IMG/VR virus record: IMGVR_UViG_3300032327_000087 | Span: 1-36,698 of that record | From: a virus | Lineage: Duplodnaviria; Caudoviricetes | Reading direction: 5' to 3' (one strand) | Length of the DNA stretch: 36,698 nucleotides | Shown: positions 7,642 through 15,301 of the stretch, one piece after another | Layout of the letters: each line of letters opens with the position of its first letter | Position numbering within the stretch: position 1 is the stretch's first letter | Notes under the pieces: generated by a model | Seen by the model: only the letters and a program-made list of their open reading frames with translations | Databases searched by the model: none | Told to the model about the DNA's origin: nothing | Translations under genes and position numbers: made by a program

Positions 7642-7841
7642 AATATAAAAACGGCCAACCGGTTGACGTTGGCGACGTGGTACACGTTAAAAACCGGCCA
7701 TATACCGTCTATTCAATAGGCGACACGGTAACACTTCGTAGTATGTGCGAGCGTGGGTATATTAAGCGCGTTTTTCCGAGCGATATCGGGGCCTATATCC
7801 CGCGCTTACACCCTTTGTTTGCTGCGCTGGTGCCCTTATGA
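7638..7841 (+). CDS. Early hypothetical protein (67 aa), SH3/KOW-like pattern
   Basis: MKYKNGQPVDVGDVVHV...YTVYSI...VTL; GGGGA SD. Confidence 0.7.
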   Translation: MKYKNGQPVDVGDVVHVKNRPYTVYSIGDTVTLRSMCERGYIKRVFPSDIGAYIPRLHPLFAALVPL

Positions 7842-7900
7842 CCTTTTCCCTTATCGCAGCCGCTACCGCCGTTTTATTGATTCTAGTCTTTGACCTATAA
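7838..7900 (+). CDS. 20-aa hydrophobic peptide
   Basis: MTFSLIAAATAVLLILVFDL; ATGA-coupled, last ORF before the terminator. Confidence 0.5.
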   Translation: MTFSLIAAATAVLLILVFDL

Positions 7901-7919
7901 CCCCACGCAAACCCCACGG

Positions 7920-7940
7920 CCCGCTTACGCGGGTTTTTTT
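7920..7940 (+). terminator. Intrinsic terminator of the early operon
   Basis: CCCGC-TTAC-GCGGG followed by T7; overlaps the primase stop codon on the other strand. Confidence 0.75.
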
Positions 7941-10234
7941 ACGCTCTTAAGATGCGTGACAGCGGCCATTGGTGTATCGGCGCGCACGACCACGCCTTCT
8001 GCCATTGCGCGCAAATCGCTTTTAGTATGATCAAGCATATTGGGCGCACAATAAATCTGTTTTTTAGACGTGTAATCACGCGATGACACGCGCCCCATGT
8101 CTACCCATTGGCACTCTTGCAAAGCGTGTAAAAGTGCCGTTTGAGATACCTTGTACATACCAGGGGCGTTAATTGATAGCGTGTCGCATATCGCGTGAAA
8201 GGGCGACGCAATAACACCATTTGCAAACAAGCCTTTGCGCTCGCGTATCGTGTCAACTAAAAATGACTCATTGGCACTCATACCCTGCTCAACTAGGGTT
8301 AGTTTAAATTCGGTCATTGGGGGCGCCGCACCAGGGTTAAACGCTGACACGTCGCGCGCATACAACCACGCCGCACACGCGCTCACCCCGCCATTGTCAA
8401 ACCATCGCCACATGGCCGCGCCCGCTTCAGAAGTCATACGCGGCGCCGTCGATTTGATGGCAAACCATCGGCGGTCTTGTGAATCTAAAGTGATAGGTAC
8501 AGGGTCATTAGAAAAAGCCAACACAAGCAAACGATTCGCCATGTCGTATGGGTGCAACCCTTTCCTGTTGATCGACAGGTACTCAGGGGGCGCCGCTATT
8601 ACAGGTTTAAGACGATTGGCCAACGCGCGGCGATCCTTGGCATCGGGCTCGCGTAACTCATTCAAAATTAGAATCTCAGACTCAAGCGCGTAATTAAACT
8701 GCGAGGACATGGTGTCGGAATCCAACAAACCACGGTTAGTCGCGTTATTGCCACAGACGCCCCATATAAACGGGTGATACATCGTATCCTTACCCGACCC
8801 TTGTACGCCTGTGTGTAGGATCGCGTGATTGATCTTGCGTTGAGGGTGTTGCAATTTGAACGCCATCACGTCAAAAATGTGGTTAAGCGAATCAGGGTCC
8901 GGCACTAAGCGTTTGCAATGCTCAAGCCACGGGGTCACGTCGCCCTTCATGGCCACGGGGCGCGCATCGCGCCATCGGTTACCGTACACGTCACCACCAC
9001 GCGACACCAGTACGGTTTCACCCGCCGCGTAAGTAATGCCAACCAACGCAGGGGCGCCGCATTTTTGGCGTAATTCATCAAAGCAGACGGACGCCTCAAT
9101 ATGGCGCCCTGTACGTGCTGACTTGCACACAATATGCCGGTAAAGCGCGTTAAACGTGCCACGGGAAATTTCACGGCGGTCTTGCATATCAAAATAACTA
9201 TCGTCAGACTGAATGTACGCAAAACGGCCAAACCACTCGGCCTTTTCAACCCGTCCTAACTCGCGCTGTTCAATCTCAGACTGGCGGCGTTTTACATCGT
9301 CAGGAAAAGCGGCGGTAGGGGCGATAATTGAATACGTTTTAGCCATGACGGACGCCAACAACTCGTCGCGCAACCCTGGTGCAGCACTCGGCCCACCCTG
9401 ACCCTCAACCCATTCGAGAAAAATGTGGCTGTCTAATTGCAAGCAATGGCTGTGCAAACAGCAATATGCGCGCATGGCGGGGTTGTAGCGCCCCTGTGGA
9501 TTGCCGTCGGTATGTTCGTGCGCGTTTGGACAAACAACCCCCGCCCAACCCTCGGAGTTCGGGCGACTGATAACAAGGCTATTCTCGGCAAGCCATGCAA
9601 AAATCGTGTCGGTGCCGTCGTCGTCAATGTGAATGGGTTTGTAGACGGACTCGGGCGCACCTGCCACTACCCCAAACGCGCCCATGATTTGCGGCAAACT
9701 AAATTCACGGTCAGGGTGAAACTCGGTAAGCACCGATTTAAACTTGTCACGGTCAGGCTTGAGGTTAACGCTGCCAGGTATCCTAAAGTTACGCACCGCA
9801 TTACACGCGCCCTTATCGGTGTAACCAGCTTCAGCAATGGCTTTTATGGCCGCGCTAAATTCTTCATGCTTAGGCTGGTCGTCTAAACTAAACGTATAAC
9901 CCCATTGGAAATTGTCGGGGGAGGTTTCAATCTTCCAAGTTGGCTCGAGCGGGGGCGCTTTCGATTTGGTGCCTACGTCATCAAGCACAAGAAAAGCGAC
10001 GTGTGTGCAGTTGTGAATTGACGCGCTTGGCTTGCTTTTAAACCGCTCGATAATAAAACTTGCGGTGTTGCAATACCACGCCCCACCTTCTTTATATTCA
10101 TTGGGATAAAAAGCTGGCCAAGTGGCTTTGATCGTGCCGTCAGCGTGTTGCTCATTTCCAACAGGCTTTTGCTTGACAAGTAAGCAAGTTTCGCCGTCAG
10201 GCGCTTGTTTCGAGATATAATCGATAAAGTTCAT
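7925..10234 (-). CDS. Primase-helicase fusion (RepB-like primase plus SF3/D5-like NTPase)
   Basis: LVLDDVGTK, ETSPDNFQWGY, RIPGSVNLK; CPNAHEH...CCLHSHC Zn motif; Walker A GVQGSGKD; AAGGAG SD before ATG 10234. Confidence 0.88.
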   Translation of the reverse strand: MNFIDYISKQAPDGETCLLVKQKPVGNEQHADGTIKATWPAFYPNEYKEGGAWYCNTASFIIERFKSKPSASIHNCTHVAFLVLDDVGTKSKAPPLEPTWKIETSPDNFQWGYTFSLDDQPKHEEFSAAIKAIAEAGYTDKGACNAVRNFRIPGSVNLKPDRDKFKSVLTEFHPDREFSLPQIMGAFGVVAGAPESVYKPIHIDDDGTDTIFAWLAENSLVISRPNSEGWAGVVCPNAHEHTDGNPQGRYNPAMRAYCCLHSHCLQLDSHIFLEWVEGQGGPSAAPGLRDELLASVMAKTYSIIAPTAAFPDDVKRRQSEIEQRELGRVEKAEWFGRFAYIQSDDSYFDMQDRREISRGTFNALYRHIVCKSARTGRHIEASVCFDELRQKCGAPALVGITYAAGETVLVSRGGDVYGNRWRDARPVAMKGDVTPWLEHCKRLVPDPDSLNHIFDVMAFKLQHPQRKINHAILHTGVQGSGKDTMYHPFIWGVCGNNATNRGLLDSDTMSSQFNYALESEILILNELREPDAKDRRALANRLKPVIAAPPEYLSINRKGLHPYDMANRLLVLAFSNDPVPITLDSQDRRWFAIKSTAPRMTSEAGAAMWRWFDNGGVSACAAWLYARDVSAFNPGAAPPMTEFKLTLVEQGMSANESFLVDTIRERKGLFANGVIASPFHAICDTLSINAPGMYKVSQTALLHALQECQWVDMGRVSSRDYTSKKQIYCAPNMLDHTKSDLRAMAEGVVVRADTPMAAVTHLKSVKKPA

Positions 10235-10253
10235 GCAGTACTCCTTAGTTTTG

Positions 10254-10282
10254 AAGCCACCCTCGCCGGTGGCTTTTTTTTT
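10254..10282 (+). terminator. Terminator-like hairpin oriented antisense to the polA-primase operon
   Basis: AAGCCACC-ctcgcc-GGTGGCTT followed by a T run on the + strand. Confidence 0.6.
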
Positions 10283-12185
10283 ATTTACCGTACCTAGCCA
10301 TTGTGTGAATTTCAACGTCTAGCGGCAAACCTTTCGCCCACGGCGGGGGCGTACACATTACTTTTCTTAATTGTTCGGTGACTTGTTCGGGCTGATCGGT
10401 TTCGATGACAATCTCATCGTGGACGTGCAAGACGACATCATCAAGTTGGCGAAGGGCGTAACGTAATACGTCGTTCGCTGCGGCTTGGGTGATGTTCTCA
10501 CAGGCCAAGCCACGCCATAGTCGTGCGCGGGGCCATTCACGGGCGTCTGCGGCGGGTTTCCAAGCAGCTTTTGCGTATGAAATACCATCTTCTTCTATTT
10601 TGGCAAATGGGTAGCAAAGGATGCGACCCGAGGGTAAAGCGTACCACAGGTGTAGACCATCAAACAGATAGGTTACCCTACCCGCTACGATTTCGCGCCC
10701 CTTATTACGCATGGCAATCATGTAACCACTTTCTAATTCTTGCCAATACCTGACAGCCCATTGATTAGCACGGCGCCAAGCGTCTACGGTACGCTGCGCG
10801 TCCGATTCTGTCATGGTTAACCCGTAGGCGCGGCCCATTGCAGAAAAAGCACCGATACCCCCGCCGAAACCACAGGCGAGGATTGCCACTTTGCCTATCT
10901 GACGCTGATCGGGGGTGACTTGATCTTCAGGTATCTTGTACATAGCGGCTGCTTCCCGTATGTAGATGTCACGCCCTGACCTGAACACGTCAAGCACATC
11001 ATCACCGCGCCCTGACAACCACGGGGTCATCCTAGCTTCAATCTGCGCCCAATCGGCTACCACCAAGGACTTACCTTTGGCCGGTATGATCGCGGGGCGT
11101 AGCATCCCTTTTAGAACGTCTGTGACCCTTTTGCCAAACTCGGGAACAATGGAACGCCCGCAAACCATACTATTTCTAACAGATTCGGGGTCTTTGGCGC
11201 ATTTGCGCGTGAAATTGTGAACTTGAGCGCCGAAAGAAGACGCACGGCCTGTCGCCGATCCTCCAGCGAAAACGAAGGCTCCTCGGACGCGAGCATCCTC
11301 CACGTCTGCCAAGTCGCGTAAGCGTGAGAACTTCGCAACCGACGACGCCCAAAGATCATCGGCGCATTGGATAACCTCGGCAACGTCGGGCGGTAAGTCT
11401 TCGACCGCGAGTAGGTTTGCGCGGACGCGCTTGTCGATACTGTATTTTCCATCTTCCACTTCCATTAGTTTAAGTTGTTCGGGGCTCAGTCTTTCTTGAA
11501 CCCAAGCGCGCATCTTCGGCGAGCGGACTGACGTGATCGCGCCATTGGTGACGGCTCGGACAATGGACTGTATGTCCTCGAGTTCGGTGGCCGCGTAAGT
11601 AATGGCTGCGTCGGCAAGACGCGCGTCCACCAAAACACCTCGGTCGTTGATTTTTTCGTTGACATGATAATCCTCGAGTTCTTCATCAGATAACGGGCGT
11701 AGGCTTTGACTGACGGCGCGCATGGCGCGCACGTCTTGTTCACAGTATCGGACAAGTTCAACCATAAGCGCAACATCATCTTTAAACGGCGGCACACACA
11801 ACGCACGGATAAGCTGCGCGCCACGGTAATCTTTCTTCATACTGGCACCGGCAAAGCGGCCCACGTCTTCAAGGCTACCAGGCGCACAGTTGGCGCGCGC
11901 TTGTGTTGCGGTGCAATAGAACTGCTCGAGCGTAAAATTGATTTGTAAAACGTACCAAAAAATCAGGCGCTCAAAGGCTGCGTTGTGGGCGTAGATTAAG
12001 CCCTTATGATCGCGTACACGCTTGGGGAAGGGCTGCGTGGGTAGCCATGTAGCCACGTCTTCATCGTCAAAAGCGTAGGACATACACAAGACGTCGGTCG
12101 TTGCGTCTTGCGCGTAGTTGTAGACGCCATGCTTCTTTAGGTCGCAATGGCTGCGAGTTTCAAAATCTAGATATAGGATTGTCAT
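10281..12185 (-). CDS. polA: Family A DNA polymerase with 3'-5' exonuclease domain
   Basis: ExoI LDFETRS, ExoII AHNAAFER, ExoIII YCEQDV; motif A ADWAQIEAR, motif B RQIGKVAILACGFGG, motif C HVHDEIV. Confidence 0.95.
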   Translation of the reverse strand: MTILYLDFETRSHCDLKKHGVYNYAQDATTDVLCMSYAFDDEDVATWLPTQPFPKRVRDHKGLIYAHNAAFERLIFWYVLQINFTLEQFYCTATQARANCAPGSLEDVGRFAGASMKKDYRGAQLIRALCVPPFKDDVALMVELVRYCEQDVRAMRAVSQSLRPLSDEELEDYHVNEKINDRGVLVDARLADAAITYAATELEDIQSIVRAVTNGAITSVRSPKMRAWVQERLSPEQLKLMEVEDGKYSIDKRVRANLLAVEDLPPDVAEVIQCADDLWASSVAKFSRLRDLADVEDARVRGAFVFAGGSATGRASSFGAQVHNFTRKCAKDPESVRNSMVCGRSIVPEFGKRVTDVLKGMLRPAIIPAKGKSLVVADWAQIEARMTPWLSGRGDDVLDVFRSGRDIYIREAAAMYKIPEDQVTPDQRQIGKVAILACGFGGGIGAFSAMGRAYGLTMTESDAQRTVDAWRRANQWAVRYWQELESGYMIAMRNKGREIVAGRVTYLFDGLHLWYALPSGRILCYPFAKIEEDGISYAKAAWKPAADAREWPRARLWRGLACENITQAAANDVLRYALRQLDDVVLHVHDEIVIETDQPEQVTEQLRKVMCTPPPWAKGLPLDVEIHTMARYGK

Positions 12186-12192
12186 AGGTGTG

Positions 12193-12294
12193 AGGTGGGG
12201 GCGTTGATTTGGTCGTTGCAATCTGTGCGCTGGAAGGCAAGAAAAACACGCACTTACGACATCCTCAAATGCTTGCCTAACCGCCCCCTAACCT
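12193..12294 (-). ncRNA. Candidate structured RNA (four nested stems plus a 7-bp pseudoknot) in the polA leader; strand uncertain
   Basis: Perfect complementary pairs 12197-12203/12282-12288, 12207-12211/12266-12270, 12212-12216/12256-12260 and 12225-12229/12249-12253, plus crossing pair 12235-12241/12272-12278. Confidence 0.65.
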
Positions 12295-12437
12295 TACTCG
12301 GCTACTGCTGATGGCAACTGCGGCAACGCTTGCGCGCGAATCTTAGCGATTAGGCCTTCAACCTGTTCGTAAGGTTGACGCCCGAGCATCGCCATGATCG
12401 AATTAACTTCTGCAATAGTTAAGTTCAAGTCAATCAT
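12294..12437 (-). CDS. Small hypothetical protein (47 aa)
   Basis: MIDLNLTIAEVNSIMAMLGRQPYEQVEGLIAKIRAQALPQLPSAVAE; AGGAG SD and ATGA overlap. Confidence 0.75.
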   Translation of the reverse strand: MIDLNLTIAEVNSIMAMLGRQPYEQVEGLIAKIRAQALPQLPSAVAE

Positions 12438-13060
12438 GTTGCGCTCCTACGACGACGGGCGGGTGCTGCCTCGGCAACTTCTTCGACTTCCGCAACTGGC
12501 TCTTCACCATCCATCGACACCCACGACTGAATGTCAAACAATGGTGTAAAGATGCGACCGTACGACTTATGCTGATAGTGGTCTTTTTTAAGCAACACAA
12601 CAGGCACAGGCTTAGACTGATCTTTATCAACTTGTTCAGCAATCGCCACGGCTAGGGTCTGGACGCCACGCTTGCCACCCGCAGATGTAGTGGTGTACCG
12701 CGCTTCCATGCCCTTATCTTCGCCGGTCAGGCACTTGAGTGACATACCGACTTGGACTTCCCACCCACGTTTTGCCATTGCTGGTGCGTCATCCATTTCG
12801 GGTAATGGCTCAGATACAGACACCATTTTCTCGCCGAGAACGTCACCATCACCCCACGCAATGTAGCCGTGAACGAAACTGAAGGGGTTGACTGCCCACG
12901 TTGAGTCAGCTTCGACTTCATCTTGATCGGCACCAAAAACCCAATGACCAGTTTTGTCCATCTTGATGATGACTGTGCCGGTAGGGCCCACGTCTGCTTG
13001 AATGGTACGCAGGGCGGTTGACAGGCTTTTTACTTCAGGGAGTTTTGCTAAGTTAAACAT
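12434..13060 (-). CDS. Putative single-stranded DNA-binding protein
   Basis: Lies between the DUF2800 nuclease and polA; aromatic beta-rich core, YQHKSYGRIFTP, acidic C-terminal tail. Confidence 0.55.
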   Translation of the reverse strand: MFNLAKLPEVKSLSTALRTIQADVGPTGTVIIKMDKTGHWVFGADQDEVEADSTWAVNPFSFVHGYIAWGDGDVLGEKMVSVSEPLPEMDDAPAMAKRGWEVQVGMSLKCLTGEDKGMEARYTTTSAGGKRGVQTLAVAIAEQVDKDQSKPVPVVLLKKDHYQHKSYGRIFTPLFDIQSWVSMDGEEPVAEVEEVAEAAPARRRRSAT

Positions 13061-13071
13061 TTTACTTTCCT

Positions 13072-14160
13072 TTAGATTAGTTTTAGGTTTGCAAGTTGCG
13101 CGCCTAGATTAATAACCGCTGGCCTTGGATCAGAGTCCGCCGCCAACGTACTGCCCGAACTAACGCTTACCGCTACGTCAGCCGGAAAGTTCTTTTTGCC
13201 GATCAACTTCTCGGCTTGAGCGACAGAGATTAACTTACTCTCATACGCTTTGTCACCTAATAATTTTACGGGCGCTTCGTCGTTGATCCATTGGCGCGTA
13301 CCGCGCTTGGCGACCAACTTAAAGCCTGGCACACGCACATTGTTCTCGAGCATTTCAAACGCCAACGCGCGTACCGAGTCAATCCACTCTTCAAGCAACT
13401 CGGCTTGTGAAAGATATTCGCCGATCTTGTCAGCGTCAATACGCACAAGCGCAGTTTTCAACGCACGATCAACAGCACCGGTGACCATTGGGCAAGTGGG
13501 TTTGGCCGCGCACCACCGGCAATGCTCACCGCTCTCTAGCTTAGTGCGTGGGCCTTTCACGGCTGAGATCAATTCCAACTCAAACGCTTTAATGCGCTCA
13601 GGCGTTGTCACCCAACGCTTGATCATAGGCGGTTGAACAATGATGATTTCAACTTCTTCAACGTCTTCAAACACCCATTGAGTTTCAAGCGTACGCATGG
13701 CAGCAGCGGCGTAGAACATTCCTTGGTAGTTTTCGGTGGCTTCAACAGCCACGCCATTGCCAAATTTCCAATCGAGAACAATTGCCTTCTTACCGATCCG
13801 GCCAAGTAAATCAGCACTTCCAAACACGCCATGCAACAGATCACCAAAGTTGACGCTACTTTCCACAGCAAACTCCATCTGCTTGTCGGGATCAATTTCA
13901 TCCAACGCCGCAAGCGCCACAGCAATCTTGTCATCGAACAACTCCTGAGTAAGGGTAATCCCTTCGTAAACCATACCAATAACCGACTCGGGCGTAGCCT
14001 TGCAGTCAAGGATTTGGCTAATGGCGTCGTGTAGTAACGTGCCTTCGTCAGCGTATTTACTGCTGGGCTTTGGCGGCATCTTAGCGACCAATTCAATTGA
14101 AGCAGGGCAAGCGATAACGCGTTTGGCGGTCGAGCCGCCAACGATAGTTGAGTGGTTCAT
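13072..14160 (-). CDS. DUF2800-family PD-(D/E)XK (Cas4-like) exonuclease
   Basis: GGSTAKRVIACPAS, ADEGTLLH, FGSAD, VLDWKFGNG, NYQGMFYA, GEHCRWCAAKPTCP. Confidence 0.85.
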   Translation of the reverse strand: MNHSTIVGGSTAKRVIACPASIELVAKMPPKPSSKYADEGTLLHDAISQILDCKATPESVIGMVYEGITLTQELFDDKIAVALAALDEIDPDKQMEFAVESSVNFGDLLHGVFGSADLLGRIGKKAIVLDWKFGNGVAVEATENYQGMFYAAAAMRTLETQWVFEDVEEVEIIIVQPPMIKRWVTTPERIKAFELELISAVKGPRTKLESGEHCRWCAAKPTCPMVTGAVDRALKTALVRIDADKIGEYLSQAELLEEWIDSVRALAFEMLENNVRVPGFKLVAKRGTRQWINDEAPVKLLGDKAYESKLISVAQAEKLIGKKNFPADVAVSVSSGSTLAADSDPRPAVINLGAQLANLKLI

Positions 14161-14463
14161 TTAGATTATCTCCACAGATTTTAATTTTGTAGTTTCACCG
14201 TTAAACGTACACTTGATAATGCTGTGTTTGTTTACCAAGTCTTTATCTGTATACGCTTCTGAGAACCTATGCCCAACCAATGGGTTTACTTCTAAATAAA
14301 AACGCTTAACAAAATCGGGGTGAGGTTCGGGCGCTACGCGGTATTGATTGTGTTCAAACCATGATGGAGTAGGCATAGGAGCCCAATCGCCGTTAGGCTC
14401 CCTAACTTCAATTCGCGCGCCGCCAGCCCAAGCGACAATCAAATCATAATGTTTGTGTTTCAT
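14161..14463 (-). CDS. Hypothetical protein (100 aa), first gene of the leftward replication operon
   Basis: ATG ORF abutting the DUF2800 gene. Confidence 0.75.
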   Translation of the reverse strand: MKHKHYDLIVAWAGGARIEVREPNGDWAPMPTPSWFEHNQYRVAPEPHPDFVKRFYLEVNPLVGHRFSEAYTDKDLVNKHSIIKCTFNGETTKLKSVEII

Positions 14464-14496
14464 TTTGTGTAGTCCAATTTAGTTTAGAGAAATTTA

Positions 14497-14527
14497 ATTG
14501 TACACGATTTTTTGCTTGTGCTATACT
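14497..14527. promoter_or_regulatory. Divergent promoter region
   Basis: + strand TTGTAC-18 bp-TATACT with a TGn extension; - strand TACAAT at 14497-14502; lies between divergent operons. Confidence 0.55.
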
Positions 14528-14550
14528 TTTTTACATGAAAGGAGAAATAA

Positions 14551-15030
14551 ATGAATATGAGCCAAGTACATGAGTTATTTGAATATCGCGACGGTCATCT
14601 TTATCGCCGAGTAACTACGTCGCACAACGCAGTAAAAGGAACTTTAGTTAAAGGCAGCATTAGCGGTCAGTATTACCGCGTTCGCGTAGGTAACGAACGA
14701 TATGGCGTGCATCAAGTTATCTTTTATATGTTTAACGGATTTTTACCCGTAGAAATAGATCATATAGACCGAAACAAATTAAACAACCGCATAGAGAATT
14801 TGCGCGCGGCTACCGTAAGTCAAAACGCAAGTAACCGCCCTACACCTAAAAGAAATACATCCGGCGCTAAAGGTGTTAGCTGGCATACCCCTAACTTAAC
14901 ATGGCGGGTTCAAATATCGCTTAACAGGAAAGTAAAACATATTGGGTACTTTAAAGATTTTGAGTTAGCAGAACTTGTGGCTGCTGAAGCAAGAAATAAG
15001 TACCACGGGGCGTTTGCTAGCCATGCGTGA
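14551..15030 (+). CDS. HNH homing-type endonuclease with AP2-like C-terminal domain
   Basis: IDHIDRNKLNNRIENLR; NTSGAKGVSW...WRVQI...HIGYFKDFELAELVAAEAR. Confidence 0.9.
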   Translation: MNMSQVHELFEYRDGHLYRRVTTSHNAVKGTLVKGSISGQYYRVRVGNERYGVHQVIFYMFNGFLPVEIDHIDRNKLNNRIENLRAATVSQNASNRPTPKRNTSGAKGVSWHTPNLTWRVQISLNRKVKHIGYFKDFELAELVAAEARNKYHGAFASHA

Positions 15031-15301
15031 GTCGGCGATAGAGCATTATTTTAAGTGGTGCGTTGAAAGAGCCGGAGGGAAAAGTTACAAGTTTACGTCG
15101 CCAAGCCACCGTGGCGTGGCTGACCGTATAGCGTGTTTCCCTGACGGGGCGACATGGTTTGTAGAATTAAAAACTAAAGGAGGTCGATTGTCAGAATTAC
15201 AAAAAATTTTTGCTGCCGACATGGCTAAATTAAACCAAAACTACACAACACTATGGACTAAGGAACAAGTAGATGCTTACATTACGACCTTATCAAACTG
15301 A
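15023..15301 (+). CDS. VRR-NUC domain nuclease
   Basis: MRESAIE...KFTSPSHRGVADRI...WFVELKTKGGRLSELQK. Confidence 0.9.
   Translation: MRESAIEHYFKWCVERAGGKSYKFTSPSHRGVADRIACFPDGATWFVELKTKGGRLSELQKIFAADMAKLNQNYTTLWTKEQVDAYITTLSN

Noticed and set aside
10173-10221. Consensus TTGACA/TATAAT promoter pair
   Set aside because: The spacing is 37 bp, far from 16-18 bp; only the -10 is kept as tentative.
10235-10315. N-terminal extension of the primase to 10315
   Set aside because: It would run through the hairpin and overlap polA; a strong AAGGAG SD supports ATG 10234.
12193-12294. Known self-cleaving ribozyme (hammerhead, twister, pistol, HDV-like), tRNA or simple terminator
   Set aside because: I see no CUGANGA/GAAA core, no twister or pistol consensus, no cloverleaf or T-loop and no U-tract after the basal stem. 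Kept as an unassigned structured RNA.
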